Below, in pieces: positions 18,734 to 29,275 of a DNA stretch of 33,193 bases. Source of the DNA: Gimesia maris (GTDB taxonomy: Bacteria > Planctomycetota > Phycisphaerae > Sedimentisphaerales > Anaerohalosphaeraceae); the NCBI GenBank assembly GCA_048497675.1, contig JBHJNC010000039.1:1-33193 (forward strand), in the 5' to 3' direction. Each line of letters begins with the position of its first letter. Within the stretch, counting starts at the first letter, position 1. The notes beneath the pieces are model-generated. The model did no database searches and was not told where the DNA came from. It was given only the letters and a program-made list of their open reading frames with translations. The position numbers and the translations under genes are program-made.

Positions 18734-19528
18734 ATGGCTATTACGCTGCGAAGCAGCCGAGAAATTCAGATGATTCGCAGGGCCGGGATGGTCGTTGCGA
18801 AGGTTCTTTCAAAACTTCAAGAGTTAGCGGTATCAGGCGTCAGCACTGCCCAGCTGGATCAGGTTGCAACAGAAATGACTCAGGCCTCTGGGGCAACCGC
18901 CTTGTTTCGAGGCGTTCCCTGCCCTTATGGCGGAAGGCCGTTTCCAGGTGCAATTTGCGCATCAATCAATGAGCAATTGGTGCACGGAATTCCATCGCCC
19001 AAAGTAATACTTCGGCAGGGTGATATTTTAAGCGTCGATTTCGGAGTCAAGGTAAATGGTTATTGCGGTGATGCTGCGGTAACTATTCCAATCGGAATGA
19101 TATCGCCTGCAAAGCAGAAGCTTCTGGACATAACAAAGCAGATGCTGGATATCGCTATTGAGATGGCTGCTCCCGGTATTAAATGGAGCGCTGTCGCCGG
19201 ATGCATGGAGCAGTTGGCAAAACAGGCCGGATTTTCCGTGGTACGGGATTATGTTGGCCATGGGATTGGTACCGAGATGCATGAAGATCCCAAAATCCCC
19301 AACTTTGTCAGCCGCGACCTGCTCAAGAATGATTTTGTCCTTCAGGAAGGGATGATTCTGGCGATAGAGCCGATGGTGAATATGGGTAAACATACGGTCC
19401 GTACGCTGGCCGATGGATGGACGGTGGTAACACAGGATGGGCAATGTTCAGCTCATTTCGAACATACGGTCGCCATAACCAAAGACGGCTGTGAAGTGCT
19501 GACGGATCTGAGTGAAACAAATCAATAG
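18734..19528 (+). CDS. map: Methionine aminopeptidase type I
   Basis: VHGIP, GHGIG, HEDP, AIEPM and SAHFEHT motifs. Confidence 0.99.
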   Translation: MAITLRSSREIQMIRRAGMVVAKVLSKLQELAVSGVSTAQLDQVATEMTQASGATALFRGVPCPYGGRPFPGAICASINEQLVHGIPSPKVILRQGDILSVDFGVKVNGYCGDAAVTIPIGMISPAKQKLLDITKQMLDIAIEMAAPGIKWSAVAGCMEQLAKQAGFSVVRDYVGHGIGTEMHEDPKIPNFVSRDLLKNDFVLQEGMILAIEPMVNMGKHTVRTLADGWTVVTQDGQCSAHFEHTVAITKDGCEVLTDLSETNQ

Positions 19529-19546
19529 AAAGCGTAAAGAAACGAT

Positions 19547-19762
19547 ATGCCAAGAGAAGACTCCATAAGAGTCGATGCCAAAGTGATTGATGCACTGCCC
19601 AACGCGATGTTTCGTGTCGAGCTTGAGAATGGCCATCGCATTTTGGCGCATGTGTCTGGGAAGATGCGAATGCATTTTATTCGCATTTTGCCGGGTGATA
19701 AAGTGGTTGTGGAAATGAGCCCTTATGATTTAACCAAGGGCAGAATTATTTTGCGAAGTTAG
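19547..19762 (+). CDS. infA: Translation initiation factor IF-1
   Basis: [19 protein letters not shown] and [10 protein letters not shown] motifs. Confidence 0.99.
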   Translation: MPREDSIRVDAKVIDALPNAMFRVELENGHRILAHVSGKMRMHFIRILPGDKVVVEMSPYDLTKGRIILRS

Positions 19763-19770
19763 GTGAGATT

Positions 19771-19887
19771 ATGAAAGTACGCAGCTCGGTAAAGCGAATT
19801 TGTGAAAATTGTAAGCTGATTCGGCGCAAAGGTGTTTTGCGGGTGATTTGTTCGACAAATCCTCGTCACAAACAGCGTCAGGGTTAA
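19771..19887 (+). CDS. rpmJ: 50S ribosomal protein L36 (Zn-binding), missing from ORF track
   Basis: Translated by hand: [38 protein letters not shown]. Confidence 0.99.
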   Translation: MKVRSSVKRICENCKLIRRKGVLRVICSTNPRHKQRQG

Positions 19888-19922
19888 GCGCATAGAAATT
19901 TTATAGGAATACAGGAGACGAT

Positions 19923-20306
19923 ATGCCTCGTATTGTTGGTGTGGACATTCCGAATGATAAGCCGGCTTGGGTTTCGCTGGCGTATATTCATGGAATCGGC
20001 TATTATATGGCCAAGAAAATTCTAAAAGAAGCGAATATTGACCCGTCGATTCGTGCCGGAAAGATGACCGAAGACGAAGTCAGCCGCATCAGCCAGATTA
20101 TTGACCGTGATCTGCTGGTTGAAGGTCAGCTGCGCCGCCAGGTGGCTCAGGATATTGCCCGCCTGCGCGAAATCAACTGTTACCGCGGCATTCGACACAA
20201 AAGGGGCCTACCGGTTCGCGGCCAGCAGACACAGAGCAACGCCCGTACCCGTAAAGGCAAACGCAAGACCGTCGCCGGCAAGAAGAGCGTTAAAGAAATG
20301 CGCTAA
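19923..20306 (+). CDS. rpsM: 30S ribosomal protein S13
   Basis: [10 protein letters not shown] and [15 protein letters not shown] motifs. Confidence 0.99.
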   Translation: MPRIVGVDIPNDKPAWVSLAYIHGIGYYMAKKILKEANIDPSIRAGKMTEDEVSRISQIIDRDLLVEGQLRRQVAQDIARLREINCYRGIRHKRGLPVRGQQTQSNARTRKGKRKTVAGKKSVKEMR

Positions 20307-20364
20307 TTGATGGCAGGTGACCGGATTATAAACAAAACGCAAGCGAATTGGGATTGCAAGAGCA

Positions 20365-20745
20365 ATGGCTAAAAGTATCAAAAAGAAAGTCAAAAAGAAC
20401 GTTATCCGTGGTATCGTCAATATTAAAGCCAGCTTTAATAACACGCTGATATCGATTACGGATATGGATGGCGCGGCCATCTGTCAGGACTCCGGCGGTT
20501 CAGTCGGCTTTAAGGGTTCGCGTAAAAGCACCCCCTTTGCCGCACAAAAGGCTGCCGAAAAATGTGCCAAAAATGCGATGCGGGTTGGTCTTCGCGAGGT
20601 GGAAATTCGCGTCAAAGGCCCCGGAGCCGGCCGTGAATCGGCTATCTCGGCAATCCAGCAGGCCGGACTTCGGATTTCGTCAATTGAAGACGTGACCCCG
20701 ATTCCTCACAACGGGTGCCGTCCGCCGAAGCGTCGCAGAGTATAA
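20365..20745 (+). CDS. rpsK: 30S ribosomal protein S11
   Basis: [19 protein letters not shown] and [12 protein letters not shown] motifs. Confidence 0.99.
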   Translation: MAKSIKKKVKKNVIRGIVNIKASFNNTLISITDMDGAAICQDSGGSVGFKGSRKSTPFAAQKAAEKCAKNAMRVGLREVEIRVKGPGAGRESAISAIQQAGLRISSIEDVTPIPHNGCRPPKRRRV

Positions 20746-20798
20746 TAAATCGAATTAAAACCAATTGTTTTAGTATAACACAAGGAATCTGAGCGAAT

Positions 20799-21431
20799 AT
20801 GGGACGTTATTTACAAGCTACGTGCAGACTTTGCCGCCGCGAAGGAATGAAACTGATGCTCAAAGGCACCCGTTGCGAAACCGCAAAGTGCGCCGTTGAA
20901 AAGCGTCAGAAAAGTATGGCTCCCGGCCAGCACGGCTGGCGGAAGGGGCGGGGAAGTGATTATGCCGTTCGCCTCCGCGAAAAGCAGAAACTCAAACGGT
21001 ATTACGGTCTGCTCAATAGCCAGTTTATGAAGATTTTCCATCAGGCTGCCAAAGGTAAAGGGGATACCGGTAAGCAGTTCCTTGAGTATCTGGAACGTCG
21101 TCTGGACAATGTGGTCTACAAGCTGAACTTTGCCCCGTCCAGAAAAGCAGCCAGAATTCTGATTTCATACGGCCATGTCTGCCTGAACGGTCGTCGTGTG
21201 GATATCCCGAGCATTATGGTTAAGGTCGGCGATAAAATCACGCTGAAGAACTCGGAAAAATCACGCAAGCTGGTCAAGGCTCAGCTGGAAAGCAATCCGA
21301 ATTTTACCCCTCAGGGATGGCTTCAGCTGGATGCCGGAAAACCGATAGGAACTGTGGTTGCTTTGCCGACCCGCGATGATGTCCAGCTGGCGGTCGAAGA
21401 GCAGCTGGTTGTTGAATTTTGTGCACGATAA
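20799..21431 (+). CDS. rpsD: 30S ribosomal protein S4 (Zn-ribbon type)
   Basis: CRLCRREG...RCETAKC, LREKQK and LERRLDNVVY motifs. Confidence 0.99.
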   Translation: MGRYLQATCRLCRREGMKLMLKGTRCETAKCAVEKRQKSMAPGQHGWRKGRGSDYAVRLREKQKLKRYYGLLNSQFMKIFHQAAKGKGDTGKQFLEYLERRLDNVVYKLNFAPSRKAARILISYGHVCLNGRRVDIPSIMVKVGDKITLKNSEKSRKLVKAQLESNPNFTPQGWLQLDAGKPIGTVVALPTRDDVQLAVEEQLVVEFCAR

Positions 21432-21531
21432 ATTAACACTGTAAGCTGATCGGATACCAGAGAGCGAATTATCAATCGCCCTGTGTTGATAATAATGCTG
21501 AGAACATCCGCGGCTAATAGGGAGACGAAAT

Positions 21532-22536
21532 ATGAGAATTACATGGAGAGGTTTGGAACTGCCGACTCGCATTGTGCGCGATGTGCAGATTTCGAATGAA
21601 CGTTACGGAAAATTTATAATCGAGCCGTTTGAACGCGGCTTTGGCACCACGATTGGCAACAGTCTGCGTCGCGTGCTGTTGTCTTCATTGGAAGGTTATT
21701 CCGTAGAGTGGATTAAGATTGCCGGCGCCGACCATGAATTTACAACCATCAAAGGTGTCATGGAAGATGTTACGGATATCGTGCTGAATATCAAGCAGTT
21801 GGTTGTTCGGATGCAGGACGATACGCCGCGAACAATGAAAATTTCGGTTAATAAGGCCGGAAAAGTGACCGCCGGAATGATTGAATCGGATCCTTCGATT
21901 GAAATCATCAATAAGGATTTGGTTTTGGCCACGCTGACCGAAGACGTCAAGTTTGAAATGGAAATGGGTGTAGGTATCGGCCGCGGTTATTCGTCTGCCG
22001 CCGAGCGGATTGCCCAGAAAGACCGCTTTGACCAGGAAGCCGGCTTGATAGAAGTGGACGCGGTATATTCACCGGTTTTGCGTGTCCGTTACAAGACTGA
22101 AGATACCCGCGTTGGTCAGCGTACCAACTATGATAAACTGATTCTTGAAATTTGGACCGATGGAACAATTTTGCCGCAGATGGCGATGGTTGAAGCATCC
22201 AAGATTCTGCGGAAATATATCAATCCGTTTGTTCAGTATTGTGAAGTCGAAGAAGAGACCGTCGAAAACGAAGTAATGGCCTCGGAAACCGCCACTGTGA
22301 CGGCGGATAATAATCAAATCGCCGCGCTGCTGGCGATGCCGATCGAACAGTTGAATCTGACCGTCCGTTCGAGCAACTGCCTGGAAGCCAACAATATCCA
22401 GACGGTCGGCCAGCTGGTTGCGATTGATGAGGCGGAACTGATGAAGTTTCGCAGCTTTGGCAAGACCAGCCTGCGGGAAGTTCGTCAGAAACTCGCCGAC
22501 CTTGGATTGTCGCTCGGGATGAAGATCCCTTGCTGA
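21532..22536 (+). CDS. rpoA: RNA polymerase alpha subunit
   Basis: EPFERGFGTTIGNSLRRVLLSS, DAVYSPV and alpha-CTD LTVRSSNCL...FGKTSL. The exact C-terminus is suspect (see findings). Confidence 0.99.
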   Translation: MRITWRGLELPTRIVRDVQISNERYGKFIIEPFERGFGTTIGNSLRRVLLSSLEGYSVEWIKIAGADHEFTTIKGVMEDVTDIVLNIKQLVVRMQDDTPRTMKISVNKAGKVTAGMIESDPSIEIINKDLVLATLTEDVKFEMEMGVGIGRGYSSAAERIAQKDRFDQEAGLIEVDAVYSPVLRVRYKTEDTRVGQRTNYDKLILEIWTDGTILPQMAMVEASKILRKYINPFVQYCEVEEETVENEVMASETATVTADNNQIAALLAMPIEQLNLTVRSSNCLEANNIQTVGQLVAIDEAELMKFRSFGKTSLREVRQKLADLGLSLGMKIPC

Positions 22537-22581
22537 TGTGAATGTGCAGACTGTAACCGTATAATTAAGGAATAATGAAAT

Positions 22582-23046
22582 ATGCGTCATTTAAGAGACA
22601 GAAGACGTTTGAATCGAACCAGCGAGCATCGTCTGGCAATGCTGAGAAATATGGCCTCATCGTTGTTTGAACATGGGACCATTTCCACGACGATTCAGAA
22701 AGCCAAAGAAGTTCAGCGGTTCTCAGAAAAGCTGATCACCAAGGCAAAACAGGGTACGCTTCATGCCCGCCGCCAGGTCATCTCTGAGCTTCGCAACCGC
22801 GGCATTTATGCTGAAGAAGAGGGTCAGAATGTCCGTAAAGGAACCGTGGTTGGCAAATTGTTCAGCGATATTGCCCCGCAGTATCTGGATCGTCCCGGCG
22901 GTTATACCCGCATCATCAAACTGGCCCAAAGACGCCTTGGCGACAATGGTCAATTGGTGCTGCTGCAGCTGGTAGGTCAGGAAAAGAAAGAAGAAGCGGC
23001 CGCTCCTGAGAAGAAAAAGAAAAAGGCGGCAAAGAAAGCTGAGTAA
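22582..23046 (+). CDS. rplQ: 50S ribosomal protein L17
   Basis: MRH...LNRTSEHRLAMLRN, RPGGYTRI and RRLGDN motifs. Confidence 0.99.
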   Translation: MRHLRDRRRLNRTSEHRLAMLRNMASSLFEHGTISTTIQKAKEVQRFSEKLITKAKQGTLHARRQVISELRNRGIYAEEEGQNVRKGTVVGKLFSDIAPQYLDRPGGYTRIIKLAQRRLGDNGQLVLLQLVGQEKKEEAAAPEKKKKKAAKKAE

Positions 23047-23062
23047 CAGCCTATTAAAAATC

Positions 23063-23096
23063 AAAAGCCCGGCGAAGTTTTTCGTCGGGCTTTTTT
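23063..23096. terminator. Bidirectional intrinsic terminator between convergent rplQ and glnS
   Basis: aaaa-gcccggcgaa-gttt-ttcgtcgggc-tttttt. Confidence 0.9.
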
Positions 23097-23121
23097 GTTT
23101 GAGCATTTTGTATCGTCAGGC

Positions 23122-24831
23122 TTAAGCTTGTTTCTGCTGAATCTTTGACCAGGTATCCTTTAGAGTCAAAGTCCGGTTGAAAATCAGCTTGCCGGCGGTG
23201 GTGTCCGGGTCGGTATTGAAATAGCCCAGCCGTTCAAACTGCCAGCGTTCCAGAGGTTTTGTGTCTTTCAAATGCGGCTCCACCTTGCAGCCGGTCAGAA
23301 TTTGCAGTGAATCTGGATTCAGATTTGCCGTAAAGTGTGTGCCTTCGGGCGTGTCTTCCGGATTTTCCTGGGTGAACAAATGGTCATACAGTCGCACTTC
23401 TGCATCGATGGCATTGGATTCGGCGACCCAATGCAGGGTGGCTTTGACTTTACGCCCATCTGGCGAATCGCCGCCGCGTGTAGCCGGATCATACGTGCAA
23501 TGCAGTTCGACAATATTGCCCGCCGCATCTTTGATCACATTTTCACATTTGATAAAATAGGCATATCTTAGACGCACTTCTTTGCCGGGAGACAGACGGA
23601 AAAACTTGCTTGGAGGATTTTCCATAAAGTCGTCCTGTTCGATGTACAAGACTTTTGAGAAGGGCACTTTCCGTGTGCCGGCCGCAGGGTCTTCGGGATT
23701 ATTGACCGCATCCAGCCATTCGACCTGTCCGTCTGGATAGTTGGTAATCACGACCTTTATTGGTTTCAATACCGCCATAACCCGCGGCGAAGTTTTGTTC
23801 AAATCTTCACGAATGCAGTGTTCCAGCAGGGCGACATCGACGGTGCTGTTGGTCTTATTCACGCCGATGACTTTGGCAAATGAACGAATACCGGATGGGC
23901 TGAATCCCCGACGCCGCATACCGGATATTGTCGGCCTCCGCGGGTCGTCCCATCCGTTGACATATTTATCCTTAACCAGATGCAGCAGCTTGCGTTTACT
24001 CATCACGGTATAGGTCAGATTGAGGCGGGCAAATTCGATCTGCTGGGGATGATATATTCCGAGCTGGTCGAGGAACCAGTCATACAGGGGACGATGGTTT
24101 TCAAATTCCAGTGTACAGATTGAATGGGTGATGCCCTCAATAGAGTCTTCCAGCCCATGGGACCAGTCATAAGTCGGGTAAATGCACCAGGCGTCGCCCG
24201 TTCGGTGATGGCTGACATGCATAATCCGGTACATAATCGGGTCGCGCATATTTAGATTCGGATGGGCCATATCGATTTTGGCGCGAAGCGTCCGAGAACC
24301 GTCCGGAAATTCGCCTTTTCGCATCCGCTCAAACAGATCCAGATTCTCTTCAATGCTGCGGTTGCGGTATGGACTTGGCTTGCCGGGCTGCGTGAGTGTA
24401 CCGCGGTGTTCGCGGACTTGGTCGCCATTCAGGTCGCAGACATAGGCGGCTCCTTGTTTGACTAATTGCACGGCCCATTGGTACATTTGTTCAAAGTGGT
24501 CCGAGGCGAAAAATAGCCGGTCTTGCCAATCCCAGCCGAGCCATTTGACATCGTAGATGATGGAATCTACATATTCCTGCTCTTCTTTGCTTGGATTTGT
24601 GTCATCAAAGCGAAGATTGCACTTGCCGGCAAACTCTGCGGCGATGCCGAAATTCAGACAGATGCTTTTGGCATGGCCGATATGCAGATAGCCGTTGGGT
24701 TCAGGTGGAAAACGGGTATGAACCCGGTTGTTCCATTTTCCGATTTTGTTGTCGTCGATAACGATTTGCCGAATGAAGTCCGTTCGTTCCGGCGTTCCGT
24801 TGCCTTGTTCCGTGTTATTTAGCTCTGCCAT
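23122..24831 (-). CDS. glnS: Glutamine--tRNA ligase (no C-terminal YqeY domain seen)
   Basis: [37 protein letters not shown] and QFERLGYF motifs. Confidence 0.97.
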   Translation of the reverse strand: MAELNNTEQGNGTPERTDFIRQIVIDDNKIGKWNNRVHTRFPPEPNGYLHIGHAKSICLNFGIAAEFAGKCNLRFDDTNPSKEEQEYVDSIIYDVKWLGWDWQDRLFFASDHFEQMYQWAVQLVKQGAAYVCDLNGDQVREHRGTLTQPGKPSPYRNRSIEENLDLFERMRKGEFPDGSRTLRAKIDMAHPNLNMRDPIMYRIMHVSHHRTGDAWCIYPTYDWSHGLEDSIEGITHSICTLEFENHRPLYDWFLDQLGIYHPQQIEFARLNLTYTVMSKRKLLHLVKDKYVNGWDDPRRPTISGMRRRGFSPSGIRSFAKVIGVNKTNSTVDVALLEHCIREDLNKTSPRVMAVLKPIKVVITNYPDGQVEWLDAVNNPEDPAAGTRKVPFSKVLYIEQDDFMENPPSKFFRLSPGKEVRLRYAYFIKCENVIKDAAGNIVELHCTYDPATRGGDSPDGRKVKATLHWVAESNAIDAEVRLYDHLFTQENPEDTPEGTHFTANLNPDSLQILTGCKVEPHLKDTKPLERWQFERLGYFNTDPDTTAGKLIFNRTLTLKDTWSKIQQKQA

Positions 24832-24844
24832 GGGATTTATCCGT

Positions 24845-24878
24845 AAAAAAAGCCCTGCAAGTGGTTATCTTACAAGGC
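24845..24878 (-). terminator. Terminator-like hairpin downstream of tRNA-Lys
   Basis: Minus strand reads gccttgtaag-ataacca-cttgcagggc-ttttttt. Confidence 0.7.
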
Positions 24879-24889
24879 CTTGCGATTAC

Positions 24890-24962
<73 letters not shown>

Positions 24963-25003
24963 TAACTTATTTTTTGCATAATACTTATACGAAAAACGCG
25001 GAT

Positions 25004-25031
25004 AAAAAAAGCCGGACACATTGTTCCGACT
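25004..25031 (-). terminator. Terminator-like hairpin upstream of tRNA-Lys
   Basis: Minus strand reads agtcgga-acaatgtg-tccggct followed by a T-run. Confidence 0.6.
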
Positions 25032-25043
25032 GATTTGTGCTAA

Positions 25044-25072
25044 ACATTACAGTCAAAAGCGCAATATTGCAA
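25044..25072 (-). promoter_or_regulatory. sigma70-type promoter facing tRNA-Lys
   Basis: Minus strand TTGCAA, 17 bp, TAATGT; AT-rich upstream. Confidence 0.55.
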
Positions 25073-25209
25073 GAAAATTAAGGGCAAAATTTACTATTTT
25101 GGTCCAGATAACTTACTGGTTGTGTATCTTATTTCGTATACTATAAGGTATCTTAGCTCCAGTATATCTGAAAAAGACGCTTGAGTGCCGTTCTGTTTTG
25201 GGTGCGTGC

Positions 25210-26622
25210 TCAATCCGACACGGCGATACCGAAATAGTCTTTGGCATTATTGTAGCAAATATTTTCAACCATTTTTCCGAGCAGAGAAATATCGTTCGGC
25301 AGCAGGCCATTCTCGACGTCATTACCCAGAATATTACACAGAATCCTTCGGAAATATTCATGCCTGGGATATGACAGGAAGCTTCGTGAATCGGTCAGCA
25401 TTCCGACAAATCGACTTAAGAGTCCAAGGTTGGACAAAGCCTCGATTTGTTTTTCCATGCCGTCTTTTTGATCCAGGAACCACCAGCCTGAGCCGAATTG
25501 CAGTTTGCCCGGCACAGAACCGTCCTGGAAATTGCCGATCATGGTTGCCATCAATTCGTTGTCGCGGGGATTGAGGTTGTAAAGGATGGTTTTGGCCAAC
25601 TGGTTATTGGTATCGAGGCGATCAAGCAGTTTAGCAAGGGGTTTGGCGATTTCAATATCCAGAATGGAATCAAACCCTGTATCCGGGCCGAGTGTCCGCA
25701 GCATTCTGGAATTGTTGTTGCGCAAAGCGCCTAAATGGAACTGCTGGACCCAGCCTTTAGCATGATCCATCAATGCAAATTCATACAGCATCGCCGATTT
25801 GAATTTCCGCTGCTCCAGACAGGTCAATTCTTTGCTGGTGCGAATCTTGTTAAAGATGCCTCGGATTTCAGTTGTGGTGTAGTCGTCAGCATAGGCCGTC
25901 TCGATGCCGTGATCTGACATGCGGCAACCGTGCTGATGAAAAAAGTCATGACGTTTTTGAATGGCTTGCAGATAGCGGTCAAAATCAACAATGTCGATTC
26001 CAGTCATCTGTGCCAATGTGTCAATCCAGGCATTCAGGCTTTTGGTGTTCTCTGTGGCCATCCCCTTGTCCGGACGCCAGGTCGGCAAAACTTTAATTTC
26101 AAAGCCTTCGGCCGCGATCTTCGTGTGATGTTCCAGCGAGTCGACGGGATCATCCGTAGTGCAGACTGCCTTGACGTTCATTTTACGCATCAGATTCCGT
26201 GTGCTGTATGCCGAACTGTTGAGCATCTCGCTGCATTTATTGTAGATGGTTTTGGCTGACGCGGGATTTAAGACCTCCTTGACGTCAAAATATCGCTGGA
26301 GTTCCAGGTGGGTCCAGTGGTAGAGGGGGTTTCTCAGGGTATGCGGAACCGTCTGAGACCATTTTTCAAATTTTTCCCAATCCGAGGCGTTTCCGGTGCA
26401 GTATTTTTCATCTACCCCATTGGTCCGCATGGCCCGCCACTTATAATGGTCTCCATAAAGCCACGCCTGGGTGATGTTTTTAAATTGCATATCCTCAGCG
26501 ATCTGCTGTGGCGGCAGATGGCAATGGTAATCGAAAACGGGCATTTTAGCGGCATGTTCGAAATATGGCTTTCGAGCGGTTTCAGTTTGCAGCAGAAAAT
26601 CTTCAGACATAAATTGTTTCAT
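25210..26622 (-). CDS. uxaC: Glucuronate (uronate) isomerase
   Basis: DYHCHL, GDHYKWRAMR, NPLYHWTHLEL, WWFLDQ and GMLTDSRSFLSYPRHEYFRR motifs. Confidence 0.98.
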   Translation of the reverse strand: MKQFMSEDFLLQTETARKPYFEHAAKMPVFDYHCHLPPQQIAEDMQFKNITQAWLYGDHYKWRAMRTNGVDEKYCTGNASDWEKFEKWSQTVPHTLRNPLYHWTHLELQRYFDVKEVLNPASAKTIYNKCSEMLNSSAYSTRNLMRKMNVKAVCTTDDPVDSLEHHTKIAAEGFEIKVLPTWRPDKGMATENTKSLNAWIDTLAQMTGIDIVDFDRYLQAIQKRHDFFHQHGCRMSDHGIETAYADDYTTTEIRGIFNKIRTSKELTCLEQRKFKSAMLYEFALMDHAKGWVQQFHLGALRNNNSRMLRTLGPDTGFDSILDIEIAKPLAKLLDRLDTNNQLAKTILYNLNPRDNELMATMIGNFQDGSVPGKLQFGSGWWFLDQKDGMEKQIEALSNLGLLSRFVGMLTDSRSFLSYPRHEYFRRILCNILGNDVENGLLPNDISLLGKMVENICYNNAKDYFGIAVSD

Positions 26623-26642
26623 GGTTGATATCCCTCAAAAAC

Positions 26643-26670
26643 AAAAGGCCGAACCAGCGGCTCGGCCTTT
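26643..26670 (-). terminator. Intercistronic hairpin/terminator between gnd and uxaC
   Basis: Minus strand reads aaaggccgagcc-gct-ggttcggccttt-tgttttg. Confidence 0.65.
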
Positions 26671-26684
26671 CTGGCATATTCATT

Positions 26685-28136
<1,452 letters not shown>

Positions 28137-28182
28137 TTTATTCTCCATATTTTAGATTTATAACCTGTATTTCAGTTTATGA

Positions 28183-29256
28183 TTAACGTTTTACTCTTGC
28201 GTTGCCGTTCCAAATACTCCAGAGCTGTTCTTCGTCGGCCGGCTGAGCGTAATCAGTCAGCATTGTGACGGCAAGTGCACCCGAAGCCCATCCAAATTGA
28301 GCACATTTTTTGACATCCCATCCCTTGAGTATGCCGTAAAGCAAGCCGCCGACAAACCCATCGCCTCCGCCGATACGGTCCAGAACGCCGATTTCACGGG
28401 GCTTGATGATTTCCCAATCCTTGCCGTCGGTTACCAGGGCGCCCCACATGTGGCTGTTTGCCGAAATAACCTCACGCAGTGTGGTTCCAAAGTAGGTGGG
28501 ATTGGGATAGGCGGCCTGTACTCTGCCAATCATCTCTTTGAAGCTGTCAATTTTCGCTTCAAGGCCTTTGCCGCCTGATTCGGGACCCTGAATGCCAAGA
28601 CAGAGCTGGAAATCTTCTTCGTTGCCGATCAGAATATCGCTGCGTGAAGCGATTTCTGCAAATGCCGCGGAGAGTTCTTTTTCCCGGCCTTTCCAAAAGC
28701 TGGCTCGATGGTTCAGGTCGAACGAAATCAGTGAGCCATTTTGCTTGGCAATACGGGCGATATCAAGGCAGAATTTGCAGGTCTTGGGCGACAGGGCGGC
28801 AATCAGGCCCGACAGGTGGACAATCTTGACGCCTTCTTTGACAAAGATCCGGTCCAGATCAAAGTATTCGGCGCTGAGTTCGCGGCCGACTTCACCGGCT
28901 CTGTCATTCTGAACCCGCGGTCCCCGAGCTCCCCAGCCGCTGTCGGCCATGTTAATCTGGTGGCGATAACCCCAGGGGCCGCCCTGTTCCAGTTCAGGGC
29001 CTTCAAAGTCCATTCGACGGCTTTTCAGGTTGTCCTTGATAAAGTGTGCGATCGGGCTGCCTTTGACGAACGCGGTCAAAACTTTAACCGGCATGCCGAG
29101 ATACGATGCAATGCTCGCTACGTTGCTTTCGGCGCTGGTTGCCTGCATCTTAAACGTGTCGCTGCAGTGAAAGGGCTGTGAATTAACCGGCGTTAATCGA
29201 ATACCCATACTGGTCGCAACAAGCAGGGAATATTTTTTTGATGATGTTTCTTTCAT
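28183..29256 (-). CDS. PfkB-family sugar-acid kinase (KdgK-like)
   Basis: SFDLNHR, GNEED and DRIGGGDGF motifs. Start moved to MKETSS (GGAG SD) to remove the overlap with the upstream gene. Confidence 0.85.
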   Translation of the reverse strand: MKETSSKKYSLLVATSMGIRLTPVNSQPFHCSDTFKMQATSAESNVASIASYLGMPVKVLTAFVKGSPIAHFIKDNLKSRRMDFEGPELEQGGPWGYRHQINMADSGWGARGPRVQNDRAGEVGRELSAEYFDLDRIFVKEGVKIVHLSGLIAALSPKTCKFCLDIARIAKQNGSLISFDLNHRASFWKGREKELSAAFAEIASRSDILIGNEEDFQLCLGIQGPESGGKGLEAKIDSFKEMIGRVQAAYPNPTYFGTTLREVISANSHMWGALVTDGKDWEIIKPREIGVLDRIGGGDGFVGGLLYGILKGWDVKKCAQFGWASGALAVTMLTDYAQPADEEQLWSIWNGNARVKR

Positions 29257-29275
29257 TTTTACTCCATAAATTAAA

